Source of the DNA: Microbotryum violaceum
Lineage: Eukaryota
DNA: 64,000 nt
Direction: 5' to 3'
Assembly (NCBI GenBank): GCA_001244265.2
Contig: CDLV01000007.1
Span: forward strand, 1,178,001-1,242,000
The notes below the pieces were generated by a model that ran no database searches, had not been told where the DNA came from, and worked only from the letters and a program-made list of their open reading frames with translations. This document shows positions 1 to 13,132 of the stretch, piece after piece (position 1 is the stretch's first letter; each line of letters starts with the position of its first letter). The translations under genes were made by a program, and so were the position numbers.

Positions 1-334
1 CTAGCACTAAAACCAAGAAGATGAGAAGGTCCCAAACGGTGGCAGACCTGAGCGACCCGAGCGACGAGCCCGCCCGGCCGATACCAAACGAGTCGTGATC
101 AGGGGCAAAGGCCGAGCGGCACAGGAGGTCGCAACGGAGGGGAGGAGAGTGACGAGATCGATGTCGGCGGCGGCGGCGGTGCAGGTCGGTGTGACGAAGG
201 CGGACCGAGGGAAAGGAAAGGGGTAGTCGAGGAGAAAAGATGGACCACGAGCCCGAGGGCGACGTCTTGCCCGACCTTCCCCTCTCCGAGGACGTCACCA
301 CCACCCAATGCGCCGCTCCCTCGACTACTCAACA

Positions 335-797
335 ATGATCAAGCACACCATCATCACCTGGAACGTGAGAAGGGGCATGGGGGTCCCGGAAGAACGACGT
401 GACATTTACGCATACCTATCCACATTCAAAGCATCCGCCATTCTCCTACAAGAACACTTCATCAGACCGCAACTTTGGCAGCTCATCCAGGACGAATACG
501 AGGGCAAGGTCTTCATCAACCAACACTGCCTGACTCTGATCTCGGCCGTCGAGTGCCGAGTGGGTGCGTAGAAGCGCGGCGTCGACCTGGGGCGAGTCAG
601 CCGGGATCAGGGTCAGGCAGTGTTGGTTGATAAAAGCCTTGCCCTCGTATTCGTCCTGGATGAGCTGCCAAAGTTGCGGTCTGATGAAGTGTTCTTGTAG
701 GAGAATGGCGGATGCTTTGAATGTGGATAGGTATGCGTAAATGTCACGTCGTTCTTCCGGGACCCCCATGCCCCTTCTCACGTTCCAGGTGATGATG
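335..797. mobile_element. Two opposite-orientation 5' fragments of a LINE ORF2 APE-type endonuclease domain
   Basis: The + strand from ATG 335 reads [16 protein letters not shown]...AILLQEH, matching the TWNVxG and LQE motifs of non-LTR endonucleases. The same sequence recurs on the - strand from 797 downward. ATG 335 overlaps an upstream-frame TGA (ATGA), as seen at some LINE ORF1/ORF2 junctions. Confidence 0.85.
349..797. repeat. Inverted repeat with 198-bp arms (349-546 and 600-797) and a 53-bp spacer
   Basis: Direct comparison shows the arms are reverse complements with 5 mismatches. Confidence 0.95.
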
Positions 798-1865
798 TTT
801 AGCGGTAGTCAGGGTTCTCGGGTTGACCTGCGCGTTGCAAGCCCTCGGGACCCGGAGCGCGGCTCGCCAACGGAAATGTAGATCGTCGGGGACGGGGGTG
901 CTCGAGTCTGGCCAGAGATCTGTGGCTAAGTCGAAGTCGTGGCGTGCACGTTGGACGGATGTGCGCACTAGTCCCTGCCAGATCGGATCCACCGAGAAGA
1001 ACGTCCCAGATCCGGGCCGCGATCGAGTCCACAACGTCCCCCAACCTCATCACCCCAACACTCCCCTTGTACTTTGGTGAGAAGACGACTTCTTCCCCGT
1101 AGTCGTGCCGGTGCTTGCCTCCGCGGGCGAAGTCGGCGAGCATGCGGTCGAGCTTCTTGACCACTTCGGGCGGCGGGATGACGGCTGCAAGGAAATGTAA
1201 GATCCGGGGAATGGCGTACCGATTGAAGTAAAAGGCACGGTGTGGTGTGTGAGCCAGCGGTGCTGGACCGCTTCTAGCGTCGCCTCGAGCCGTTCGATGA
1301 GATTCGCGTAAGCGAGTTCGGTGTCGCCGCTGGGCGGCGTCAGGAACCTGTTGATGATGCTGCGAGCTGAGGTCGAGTCATCCGAGTAGAGCATCCTCAG
1401 CGTGCGAAGAAGGGCAGCAGGAGCGCCCAGAGCGTCGAAGATGGCGAAAACCCAGTCATGCACAAACGAGGTCGTAGGCCGACGATTGGTCAAAAGACAG
1501 GAGCGCGGCGTCAGGGAATTCAATACCGCGCGCGCCGAGCTCGTCGATCAAGAGCCGAAGGTGGAACGCCGCGTACGCCGATCGGCGGCCCTTGACGAAG
1601 CCGTGCTGTTGTGGTGGGAGCAGTACGGGTTGGATGTGACTGAGTCGCGCGACTTAGACCTTGGTGAAGAGCTTGTAGTCGCACTCGCGCAGGGTGATGG
1701 GCCGGTACGAGCAAAATTCGGCGCGATCGGCGTTCTCCTTGTGGCGCATGAAGATCAGGCGCACAAGTCCCTGGCCCTGCTTGGGATATTGGATCTGGCA
1801 GTTGTGCTATCCTCATTGAAGACCTCCAAGACTGAAGGGGTATGATCAGCTTGGGCATGACAACG
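798..1865 (-). mobile_element. Degenerate L1/Tx1-like non-LTR retrotransposon reverse transcriptase fragment
   Basis: The - strand reads GLVRLIF...[22 protein letters not shown]...QQHGFVKGRRS...LLSFDQSSAYD and then, after a frameshift, VHDWVF. These are RT motifs 0-3. There is an in-frame stop, there are frameshifts, and the QGxPLSP/YADD core appears deleted. Confidence 0.85.
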
Positions 1866-1879
1866 TCTTTTGATGGGAA

Positions 1880-2593
1880 GCGGGTGCGGAATCCTTACCA
1901 TCCAAAAGCGGTGCCGAGCTTGTCATCGCGTTCTGGCTGTGCTCATTCTCCTCCAGATAATCAAAGCTGCGGCAGTCGTCGGTTTCGAGTTTCTCAGTGA
2001 AGAACCGATCATCGCGTTGCCAAATCTGACGTCATCGTGCGGGTCGTCGCCTTCGAAGACGGAGGCAAGAAGTCATCGCACGTACATACCCAGCTGGCTC
2101 GTTCACGTCCACGGCTTGATTGACGTCGAACAACTGATCGAAATTACACTGGTTCAAAGATGTGCAGTGCACAACAACCAACTCCGCAAACTACGAGTGG
2201 GAGCGACTTCGTAGGAAGCTCACCCATCTGATCCGCTCGGCTGGCAGCCCCAGCCTCATACCCCGAGTCCGGGAACATCTCAAGCATTCCATGCAAATCG
2301 TCAATTATCTGGGAGCCGGGTGTATCGGCCAGAAGGTAGCTGGAATGGACCGTGTGTGGGTCATCCAGCCCAGCACTTAGTCGCGTTTGGGCTTGCCTCC
2401 GATGTCGGTCGGCCTGGGAGTGCCGATGCGCAAGTGCGGGTGAGCACACATGCGCTTCGATGCGTTCCTGCTCGGTAGGAACCACTCTCGGCTCTGGAGT
2501 TGGAACGTAGGGATCCCCAAGTGATGCAGTCAGGAACTCGCTCATCATCGACTACCGAGTAAACTGACGCCGATGAGCGAGGTAATCATCCAT
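1880..2593 (-). pseudogene. Possible broken multi-exon host gene fragment abutting the LINE
   Basis: Reads MDDYLAHRRQFTR*SMMSEFL... with an in-frame TAG and has GT donor-like sites (gtgtgc, gtgagc, gtaagg). It ends at the LINE junction and shows no recognisable domain. Confidence 0.3.
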
Positions 2594-3232
2594 CTCGACC
2601 GACACAAGCTTGCATTCACGCCACAAGTGGACAGGTGTCAGTGAGGCTACATGTGATTACTCTGCAGAGCTAAAAGCAATTATGCCGTCTGTTCGGCGGT
2701 GAACTGTTGGAGCCGTGCGATCTCTCCTTGTCCGCGTCACGTGTCGTGTCGCGTCGTCGCGGCGAAGTCGAAGGCTGTCGAAGGCTTTCGGAGACAGAAC
2801 GAGAGCCAGAGTTCCCGCTCCTGATCAATTTAGGGATCCGTATTAGGATTCTGTCCGACATCTCCCCAAATCCCATGTCCCGGATGCATCAGAAACACAA
2901 CAGGCGGCTGATACTTTGTTCTGCGGTCTTGTATCATTCATGACAAGTTGTTTGCAACCCACAAGGAATTTAGCAGGGAAATACCGAGATATATATGCAA
3001 ATGGTTGCTCGTACTATATATACTGCTAGGTTTTCAAGAAGGAGCGAGCGGCCTGGGCTATGTGCGCACGCGGCTTGTCTGACCACAGCTGGCCTCAGCA
3101 GGCCTCAGCGGGCCACAGCTTGCCTAGAGCTCTGCAGCTGAGCCCGACTGAGCCTAGCCGAGCTCAAGCCTGGGGAATCTCATGTGCTCTCCTTGCGCGC
3201 TCGTTTCTTAAGCTCTCGCCAATATCGACATC

Positions 3233-4323
3233 ATGCCTTCCGTTCGCGACGTCTCGGCCGAGGCCTTCATCAGCGCCTACTCGAGTCATCTCAAGAGGTC
3301 GGGTAAGTTTCATGGCGTTGGTAGCATGGTTCGCCTGCGGTGCCAGACTGCTGGCCGCTGCGTCGCATACGCCCACGCCCGCCCGCGCCTGGATGCTGAC
3401 TGCCTGTGGCGCCCTGCACAACTACAGGCAAGATCGAGGTGCCGACTTGGGTTGACATCGTCAAGACCGCCACGTCCAAGGAGCTCGCACCTTACGACCC
3501 TGACTGGTTCTACATCCGAGCAGGTGAGTGACTGCGTGCGTGCTGCCGAGGTACGGATCGTACCTCGTCCAGCTGCCCGCCGCGCGCCTGGCGACCCGCA
3601 TCGTGCGAGGCCGTTTTTTTTCGCTGCCGCTGCGCGCCTACTCCACCGCATCCCTCACGTGTGGGCGGGCCTGGTGTCATTGTTCCGCGAGCACATGTCA
3701 CGGTCGCTGACCCGTTGCACATTCCCTCCGCACAGCCGCCGTCGCTCGCCATATCTACCTTCGCAAGCACGTCGGTGTTGGGGCCCTGCAGAAGCTCCAC
3801 GGTGGCGCTGCTAACCGTGGCAACCGTCCCTCCCACCACGCCAACGCCTCCGGTGAGTTGGCCATGGCTAGCTCTCCGTGCCCACCCATCCGGCTTCACG
3901 CCACACCAGCAACAAAGCGGCGTACTCATTCCCTCCTTATTTCATTCTGTCTCTTCGATGAATAGGATCCGTGGAACGAAAAATTCTCCAAGCCTTGGAG
4001 AAGATCAGTGTGCTCGAGAAGGACCCCCGAGGTGGCCGCCGTATCTCGCAGGATGGTCAGCGTGATCTGGACCGAATCGCATCAGCTGTCATCGAGGCTG
4101 CGCGTGAGGAAGCTGACGAGGAGGATGACGAGGTCAGTTGACTTTCTCTGCTTGCTGCATTTCCGTGCGGAAACGGTTGGCGGGCTCCTGCGTCAGGGGA
4201 GTGGTCGGGTCGCTTCCCTCAGCCCCTTCCTTGGCCTACAGCCTTGGGCTCTCTTACGGGTGGGCCAGACGACCAAGCAGCTGACACCGGACTTTGTTTT
4301 GCGCCCTTTCTGCTTCTCAGTGA
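3233..4323 (+). CDS. RPS19: 40S ribosomal protein S19 (eS19)
   Basis: Exons 3233-3302, 3428-3523, 3736-3852, 3966-4132 and a TGA at 4321-4323 give [37 protein letters not shown]...[22 protein letters not shown]...[16 protein letters not shown]. Confidence 0.97.
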
Positions 4324-4460
4324 ATGTGGACAGCTTCGTAGGGCCGCACTGTAATCTCGTTCAATCTTTCCACGTCCAGCTTGAGGCTTTCCTGGATGCA
4401 GCGAATGGGCCCGGACAGTCTGGAGGATGTCGTTTTGTGAATGTCTAAAGAGAAAGAGAC

Positions 4461-4527
4461 CGCGCCGTTGGACAGTGTGGGGGAAGAGAGAAAGATCGCG
4501 CCGTTGGACACCGTTGGACAGTGTGGG
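4461..4527 (+). repeat. Short direct repeats of ccgttggaca(gtgtggg)
   Basis: ccgttggaca occurs three times, and two copies are followed by gtgtggg. Confidence 0.8.
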
Positions 4528-4882
4528 AGTCTTTGTGAAGACACCACGCTACTGGGCCGTGTGGGTTTCAGCCACGGGGCTTGCTCATCACAGCAGCTCT
4601 TGGCAGACGCAAGTGGCAGCACACTACAATGAGCGGCGGCGACGTTGGCTCCAAGTTGGATCGCGACGCAACTGGAAAGCCCTCTGAGAGCATAAGCGTC
4701 TCTTGCCCACTTTTGCACCTCGAATCGACGTGTAGTCGCAGCTCTACAGGGTGCTTACGACAGTCCAGTCTGCTGGACTGTCAGTTTTATTTACAGCATG
4801 TTCCCCACTCCTCACGCAATTTTGCGACATCGCAAGTCGTACAGCTGCAACGGTCGCTCGTATACTGCTTCACACCCGCTGA

Positions 4883-5397
4883 TCATCCATCTCTCCCAAA
4901 CTGCCACCAGCGTCCGGTCCGCTGTGGATGTAGTGGGCTCACATTCGTATCAAGTGCTCCTGTTGAGCTCATCTCAACGTGGCTAGAAAGCACTTGCTCG
5001 ATGTCGATCTTGAGCTCGTCGACACGAGCTTGAAGCTCCTTCGCGAGATATTGCCCATGGAGGTGTGAGTGCAGCAGTTCGAGACCATAGCACACGATAG
5101 AGCCGAGGGCGAGGCAATGCAGCCTAGTGAGGATCAAGTGACAGGTCAGCGGCGGAAGGGACTTTCACTCGCTCTCCAAACTCCGCCTCACATGGAAGGG
5201 CCGAGCTTTCGATAGAACACTGAAGTTGCCGAGACTCCTGCTGGTCGCGACGAGCTGGAGCGAGTAGCAAGATGCTGGAGCCGGAACGTATGCCGCGAGA
5301 CGAGGCGATAATCCGCTGCTGTGGTCGAGAGCCATGGAAGCCATCGTCGTGGGCGATGGGTTGCAGGGGGCATCTCAGCCTTTCTGCAGCCTTTCAT
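4883..5397 (-). CDS. Hypothetical spliced protein with a basic N-terminus, one TM segment and a coiled coil (possibly mitochondrial inner membrane)
   Basis: An intron gtgagg...ctgac...cactag joins ...FYRKLGPSM to LHCLALGSIVCYGLELLHSHLHGQYLAKELQARVDELK. The start and end are uncertain. Confidence 0.45.
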
Positions 5398-6045
5398 GGT
5401 CTTTCTGCCAGAGTTCGGACGCTCGCGGTCCGCTTGCCGAGAGGCTTGGACTAGCTAGAGAAAGAAGAAGATATCAGTAAGGCGCGCCTTGAGGAATCTG
5501 CGCATTGCTATCCGCACCCACACTAGTCCACAATTCAACCATTTCCAAAATTCCAGAACCAATATCCACGTCCACCCCTCTCCACCTCCTGAACCAAACC
5601 TAAGGCAACGGCATTTGCAACGACGGATCGATGCTGCATTGTGATCTGACCCGTGACTCGGAGTGTGACAGAAGTAGTCGCGCTGGCACCCGCGCCGTAG
5701 CGCTGCAGTGCGCGCCGGGTGCCTGTCACATCAACTCCTAAAGTTACGGAAAGCGTGTCACAGTTTGCGTAGACATTTTTCTCGGGGTACTCTACATATC
5801 CCTAGGGTCCGGTCGACTCTGACGCCCCGTAAACTTCACATGGCGCTGACTCTTGATGCCCGCAGCTGCTCGACTCGGAGTCGCAGAACTTCGAGCTTCG
5901 AGAAGCCCACCGCCGCTGCCGCCGCTTTTCTCCAGCTTTCTCCCTGCCCCAGACCCAAGCCATCCATCGCCTTTTGCCGCATTGCGTTGAGAAAGGCCTG
6001 CATGTCATTCTTGCGTTCGACGACGTGCCGCTGTCTCCGAGTACC

Positions 6046-7057
6046 ATGAGTCTTAGCTTGCAGAGTCTCCCGGCAGAGGTGAGCGTTCTGTCGACGAAGT
6101 TCTCACATTGGCGGTCTGCTAGACCGGAGGGTATACTGATCAATGTGGTTTTTGCGTGCGGCTGAATGCGCTCGAGCACAGCTTCTCTACGCAATACATC
6201 TTCACTCCACCTCCTCAGCTCTCCCTTACGTCTCGAGACATCTCCATCGCGTCTTTAGCCACTCTTCGCCGCTTCATCGTACGACATATCTGGCGCTTCG
6301 GCATGATCGACATACACTCTCGCATGCGGTCAGATACCCAATCTGCACCCTTGCCGTCGTACATTCGCTTGAAAGGTTGGCTTGCGCGGTTGGGATGCGG
6401 CCCCTGCGCTGTTCGGAGCTACCCCGTCGACTGGTCAAACATCTCAACCCACAGCAGACCGACAGCTCAGCTACTCTTGACGATGACAAGTTCGGTCTGA
6501 TCGCATATCTGCTCGAACATTATGGCGCTTCTCCCAACTCCAAGAATGGCTACTTCCTGGCACGTGCCGTTCTTGCACGACATCTTCCCCTCACCAAACT
6601 TCTACTCCACTACGGCGCGGACCCAGCTCTGAAAGATGGGTGGGCTGTGATGGTAGCAATCGGTATGGGCGATCTAGACACGGTCAAATTGCTATTGGAT
6701 GGACCGACTCCAACAGTGGGCCGCGTAGAGGCGTCTGGCCGCGACAAGTCATCGTCATCTCATACCAGGTCTGATACGTTGCCACCTCAGGCCGCTTTCC
6801 TCGCTCGGCACTCGATCGGAACTACGCCTTTGCCACGCCCAAGTAAAAAGCGCTGCAAGGTATCCCCTCGCTGTTGTGCAACAAGTGAGATGCTAGAAGC
6901 CGCCGTCAAAGCTCAGCATTGGCACATTGTTGATTATCTACGCACTCAAGGTGGGTCATCATGTTCTTGGTCTCAAGAGATGAGGAGCGGCACACTGACG
7001 TCTGCAAGAAGTGTTCCAGGCGCGCTGCCCAGTTTGGAGGTTCTCAAGCTATTATGA
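6046..7057 (+). CDS. Ankyrin-repeat protein with an F-box-like N-terminus
   Basis: Exon 1 MSLSLQSLPAE|gtgagc is spliced to LLYAIHLH.... Ankyrin-like segments include LARAVLARHLPLTKLLLHYGADP and AIGMGDLDTVKLLL. Confidence 0.75.
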
Positions 7058-8006
7058 GAGCTTTGCAGTCCTTATAGACCCCTCAGAAAATCGAGTGAGC
7101 TGTGATGAATTTGCGTATTGCGTAATGACACTACAATCTATCAGCAATCAACCGAGCAAAACGCTGTGCAAAGAGCTGATCATGGAAATACTTTCAATCG
7201 GCTCGAGAGTCGCGAGCTCAAGTTGACGTTTAAGAAGCAGACATCGACACATCATTGTCAGGACAGGTGATGCCTTGAGCTGTGGTGATTGGCAAGTTTT
7301 CTTGTGCAACCGAGTTCGAGACCGATCGACTAAACCACACCCGGCTTCCTCAAGAAAACCTGCGCATCTCACCCAGCCCAAAGCACCGGGTTGACTCACC
7401 TCGACCCCTTTTTCTTGAACTAAGTCCTGTACTAGATGTTCAAGCATTCTATTTCAGTCTGGGGGTTGCCGTACGCAACATATACGCGAGCTTGGTCAAA
7501 GTGGATCTTTTTATGCGATTGTCCTGCGAAGTGTCTGCTCGCCTTGACGCAGCAGGTGGATGTGCACGTGGTGGCGGAGGTTAGGATGAGAATGATAATT
7601 TGAACTCCAGCTAGTCTACAACTTTTCGGACGCTGGACCACATCAACTAAGCTATCGCCTCTGACCTGACTTGCGACTTCCAACCGCCCCCCTGATCCTG
7701 GTCAAAACTGCAGCCTAACTTCCTCGGACTAGCTGGGGCTATTAGCTCCTGTTACTAGCTACTAGCTCGCTGCCGGCCTTCGAATGCCTAGCCAATTTGC
7801 CTCAAAAAACTTCTTCTCTGAGTTTTCCAGCTATTTTATGCATTGAAATCGTTACGCTGAAACAAGATATCAAATGAATAAGCAACACCTGCCAGCTTCT
7901 GCAGTGCCTGCTTCTGCCAGAGTCTGCCAGTCGGCTGCCGCGCGCCTTTGACGCTTCCGCCTTGCCTGCCACGACCCATCAGCTTCCACCCTGCGACGAC
8001 GCCACG

Positions 8007-10584
8007 ATGAAGTTTGGCCTCGAGGCATCGTCCTCTTCATGCGCGTCTGGATCTGAATCCGAGCATGACGATGCACGCGTGACGATCAGCTCCGTAAGAA
8101 GACCTCAGCCCCTCATCACACGCGGCGACGACGATGACGATTCGGACGCGCCCGTGCCTCTGGAACGACTTGCTTCGAGGTCAGCCGAGCCGTTTTGTTT
8201 TTGGTTGGTGTATGTTGTATGAGCTAAGATGGATTTCTCGATTGTTAGCAGACCCATCCGTAAAGCCCCCTTTCGACGACGACCACCAACCGCAGGTCTC
8301 TCCAACCCCACATCCTCCACCTCGACCTTGACTTTCGCACAGACCGCGTCCAGTACCACCACTTTAGCCGCGTCCCCTTCGAACTTTATTCCCCGACCTA
8401 TTCGAACGGTCGCACCTCCATCGGTTAAATCGCGCAAGGGCAGACTGGTGCAGTTTGATTCGAACTCGTCCGACGAGGACCTCGATCAATCGAGTTGGAG
8501 ACGACGGGATACCCGGCCCCGGCCTGATTACCTTGTGGACGAAGATGAGGATAACGATCAGGACCAGGATGACGATCGGGACGATGACGAGTACAGTGAC
8601 AGTGAAGAGGACCAATGGCCCGTGGGTCCTATCGGGTCCGTCGGGATCGGTGGGTGGAGGAGGGCGAATGGTGACACATCGAGTGCACGAGGCGCCAAGG
8701 CAAGATCCAGCCGCATGTACGTGCAGCGCACGACGATTGCATTCGCATAGCAAAGGCCTAGACTGATGGTAATACCTATCGTTGGTGCCTGTACAGAGCC
8801 ATGTCCCCGGATCACCACCTCAAGGCTTATGGAGGCACCGACGCCTTCCAGATCTGGGACGATCGCTCAAAGGCCATCAGTTGGGTGCGTCATTTCATCG
8901 CAGTCGGATTAGTCAATGTCTACTCCAAAACTTGATATCGTACGAGCTAATTCTTTCCCGAACCGCCGATCCCACAGGCCAGCGCAAACCGATCCTTCCA
9001 CCTCAGTCTCGCTCGATCGTTCTCGACCTCACCAACAGCGAGCCGCACCCACTCCCCCTCCACCTCCATCACGAATGACATCTCCTCGATCGAATCGCGG
9101 CTATCCTCTTTGGCTCTACAAGCATCGGCGGAGAAAGCAGCATTGGTGAAATCGTTCCAGACGCGCAATGCGGCTTTGTGGGATTCGATCGAGGCTTCCA
9201 TCCGCGAGGCCGAGAAGGAGGAAGGGGATAAGCAAAGGGTGTTGGAAGAGAATCGGAGGAAACGACAGGAGGCTGAACGGAAGGCCAAGGAGATGAGGGA
9301 GGCGGAGGAACGGAAGAAGAAGGAAGAAAAGGAGAGGAAGATCAAGGAGGGGGAGGAGAGGGAGAGGAAGGAAGCGGAGGAGAGGAAGAGGAGGAAAGAA
9401 GAGGAAGAAAAGAGGGTCAAGGAACAGGAGGACCGAGATAAGAAGTTGGCCATTATTGCTCCGCCTAGTGGGAAGGGGATCGAAGGATCACCGCAGGCCG
9501 AATGGGAGAGATGGACAGCAGTCATGACGGTGAGTAGAGTGGGGTAGTAAGACGATCTGTCAGGAGAGGTCTCGCAAAGCCCTGAACAAAGCTTCTTCCC
9601 TCCTTCACAGCAAATCAAAACGGGCGTTCTGCCCGTCGTTTCTCAAAACCCGACATATCGCAAAGAATGCTTCACGGCGAAACGAGCCATCACGCCCAAG
9701 ATTGGTCAACTGACCGCCTCGGCCGAGATGACTCTACGCGTGATCAATCAACTCGACCAAGTTCTTTCCTCAATGCGACCACCGCCGGGTGGACCTCGAG
9801 AACCTTACCGTTGGACGTTGAACCATCTTGCCAAGGCGTTGGTCAAACAAGCGGAGACGGAGGTGACGGCGAGGATTTCGACGGCTTATCCACTTGCGAG
9901 GGTCGTGATTGGGTTGATTGTGCGAGGACATCAGGAATTGGGCGAGGTGTTGATGGCTCGTTTGGTGAAGAAGTGCTTTTGGATCACGGGGTGGTGGCCT
10001 CCTAAACAACCCGTGAGTCCGTTCTTCACCAACTCACCATTGAAGGGACACAAACTCATCACTGTTCACTCCCTTCCACTGGAAAACTCCAGGGTCAAAC
10101 CGAAGAAGCGCACCAAAAATACCTTGGCCATGCACCACCCTCAGCAGGCGAATCACTCATCCAATACGCCTCCCGTATGTCAGGCCTCATCGCTCTCTAC
10201 GCCGCCATCACGCAAACCTCCCCCCTCGAAGCACCTCAAGGACCCTGTCCGCACGAACAGGTGGCCCATGTGCCGCCTCATTTCAGACTTGCGGCGGGGT
10301 GGAGATGGATCGTTTTGATTTTGAGAGTCCCGTTGGTCGGGTTGCAGCCTACACCCCAAGTGTTAGGATCGTTCTTAGAGATCGCGGGGGAAAGGTTGCT
10401 GGAAGTTTATGGGAAGCAATTTGCGAAAATTTTGGAGGTCTTGTTGAGGGAGGGGATTAGGGAGGGCAAGGCAGGCTTTAGTGATAAGAGTGTTAGCTCG
10501 ACGGTCAGGTTGACGCTTTGGTTGGAGGAGTGGGAGAAGAAGGGGAAAGTGGAGATAACGCAGGGGAGGAAGCCGGATCTTTAA
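8007..10584 (+). CDS. GLE1: mRNA export factor/nucleoporin Gle1
   Basis: A disordered N-terminus and an E/K/R coiled coil (9110-9547) are followed by the GLE1 domain (LNHLAKALVKQAETEV...AYPLARV...LMARLVKKCFW...GWRWIV...RLTLWLEEW). Multiple introns. Confidence 0.88.
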
Positions 10585-10681
10585 GGTGGTCTCGAGGAGT
10601 GAATTGCTAATTGGAATATAGTATTGCATTTTGCATTTTGCATTGAACTTGATTCCGTATCGACAGCCTTGTCGGGACGTT

Positions 10682-13014
10682 CTAGCTCGGGCCATGCTCT
10701 ACGTTCGAAAAAGCCTTGTGCATCCCCACCGCCTGTTGCGTTGTCGCCTCCATACTCCTCATTTCATCCCCCAACCGGCTCCCCTTCCCGAAACTTTTCT
10801 CCACCTCCCTCACAGCCCTTTTAGCATAATCCCACGTGGTATAGAGGCCCCGCGTATCGAGCCAGTACTTGTCGACGTCGCCTTCATCCCTCGAGGCGAC
10901 GCGCAACTTGACGATCGCCGCTAGGACGACGGATTTGGTTGGATGAGGATGGTCGAAACCATGAATCTCGTCCAGGCTGACTAGGAGTTGATTAGCGACG
11001 CCCAAAGCTTCGATGAACATCGTTCGATCGAGGAGCGAAGTAAGTAAAGCTTGGAGGAGAGACGGGAGAGGGTAAGAAGTGGGCTTGAGGTGTTTGGTGA
11101 GGTGGGTTAGGAGCTCGAGGAGGGGGATCGAGTCGGTCGCTTGGCCGAAGGAGGGGGAGAGGAGGTAGGTCTCGACGCGGGTCAGGAGGGGCTCGATTTG
11201 GCTTGCGAGGGTGGAGGAGGGGTGGGGGTGGCACGTCGCGCAGTAGTAAGTGGGGTCGAGTTCCGTTTGGGTCGAGTCTGGTCGAAAGGAGAGTGGAGAG
11301 TCAGTTTGCTTGTCGATGGGAAGCGGTGTGACGACTACAACCTGACTGACCTAGAAGCTTGATCTCCCCTTCGCATCCTTTCGCACCATTCTTGCAAAAC
11401 ACCCTCTCCCTCTTATCCACTCCCACCTTCTCACAAACCGCGCAACAACATTCAAACCCATACCTCTCCCTCAACTCCTTCCTCCTCCTCCCCCGCGTCA
11501 ACAAAGGATCGACATAACTCGTCACGACTTCTTCGCCCTCTTTGATAGGGCGGATGGCGACGACGCGCATGTATGCGGGGTTTTTGGACGGGGAAGGTAC
11601 AGAGGGGAAGACTATGACGGCGTTGGCTTGGCAGGAGTGGTTGAAGAGGGCGACGAGAGGGGATATCGAGACGCCGACGGTGTCGAGGTAGGGCGTTGTG
11701 AGGGCGAAGGAGTTGAGATCGTACTGCGGTTGAAAGAGGCTTTGAAAAGGGCAATCAGCACCATTTCTCACAGTGCCCGATGACACAGTGATCTCACCTG
11801 AGCGCATATCTTTTTCCACGCTTCGACGGAAGGGATGTGCTCCCTCAACTTGGCCGGGGTCACGAATCCGTTCAAACTCATAAGCCACGAGCCATTTTCT
11901 TCCGTTATCTCGTCTTTGAGGTAGTCGCCTGGTAGAGAGGAGTGAGGATCAGCTTCGGGACCCTGATCGCAAAAAAAAAAAAAGCAAGAACATACCAGCG
12001 TAAAGGGAAGCGAATTCATCTTGCTGTGAATGTACGCACAATCGTCTCAATCAACACTACCCGCCACCACCGCCACCACTCATCGACCCAAACATCCACT
12101 CACAGCCACTTTGCCCTCCTTATCGAATTTCCACAATACCCTCGCAAGCGCTCGTATCCTCGTATCGGGAAATTCGGACGATTTGCTTGCGGTCGATCGT
12201 TCAGTGCCTTGCACTTTCCAGCGGTTCATGGCGTCGCATTCGGGTTTATGGTCTTTCCAATCTGATTTCTGGCATGCCTATGGGGGGTTAAAGTCGAAAT
12301 AAATTGAGCGCGACGTTCCCTTGAAGGATTTGAAGCCAGCTCGGAAGGAAGAGACACACCTTTGAACAATACCTCACGACGCGACATCCCGAGCATTGCA
12401 GCAACGCTTGTTTGACGTTCATTTCCATCTCGTTGACGTGGCAAGTCGAACATCGCAGACGGAGGTTCGCGTTGTCCAAGAGGGAGAGGAAGGGTTTCGT
12501 ATTCAGGAGGGTCGTACCTAATGGGAGAAGAAAGAGGGAAGTAAGCTTTCTTGATGAGGGAGGGAAGGTGGAGGAAAAGGCGTACCGACTGTGATGTTGG
12601 TTGTCGAGACCATACCTCGACCTCGGTTAGGGAGGACTTGGATCGAAAGCGTTGAGGGAAGGTCGGTGTAGCTCATCGTTGAGCGTTTGTTCGTCGAGGG
12701 CTCTTCCGGGTTCGTCGGTGTTGTCCTCACTGGCTTCAGCGAGGGTGAATGCGTTATGGGGGCTTGTAAGGGTGTTGACGGCCTAACAACTGGAGATTTT
12801 CAAGGCACATATTCCACAAGGTGAGCATCTGCAGAAGATCGATGGATCGCGAGCGACCGTTCATGGGCAACTCACGTGACTCGGCCTCTGCGGAGCTCGT
12901 CATAGCCGGAGCTGACGGTGCGAAGGGGGAAACAGCCGGAGTACTCGAGGCAGCTTTGACACCGGCGTGGGCTTTGTCCCGTCGCTCTTTGAGTTGGGCC
13001 CAGTCGCGGCTCAT
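10682..13014 (-). CDS. SET and MYND domain lysine methyltransferase (SMYD type)
   Basis: Split SET domain (NRGRGMV; FNHSCQANA; EEVVTSY; post-SET FECCCAVC) and MYND finger (CSTC...CSGCRVVRYCSK...CQKSDWKDHKPEC). A spliced start MSRDWAQ at 13014 is in frame. Confidence 0.9.
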
Positions 13015-13132
13015 ATTCTTCGGTTCGTGGTGATGGGCACGGCAGGTCAGAGTGCGATGAGGCTGAACAAGGTGGTGGGAGAAGAGACATGAAATGACGC
13101 GCGCCGCGACGCGAGCCAAAACGAACAAACGA

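Noticed and set aside
1402-1845. 147-aa + strand ORF and other long antisense ORFs (e.g. 8947-9618, 54999-55718, 57302-58003)
   Set aside because: These are shadow frames of real genes or of the LINE in GC-rich sequence.
7148-7700. Short ORFs between the ankyrin gene and GLE1
   Set aside because: No coherent splice model or motif.
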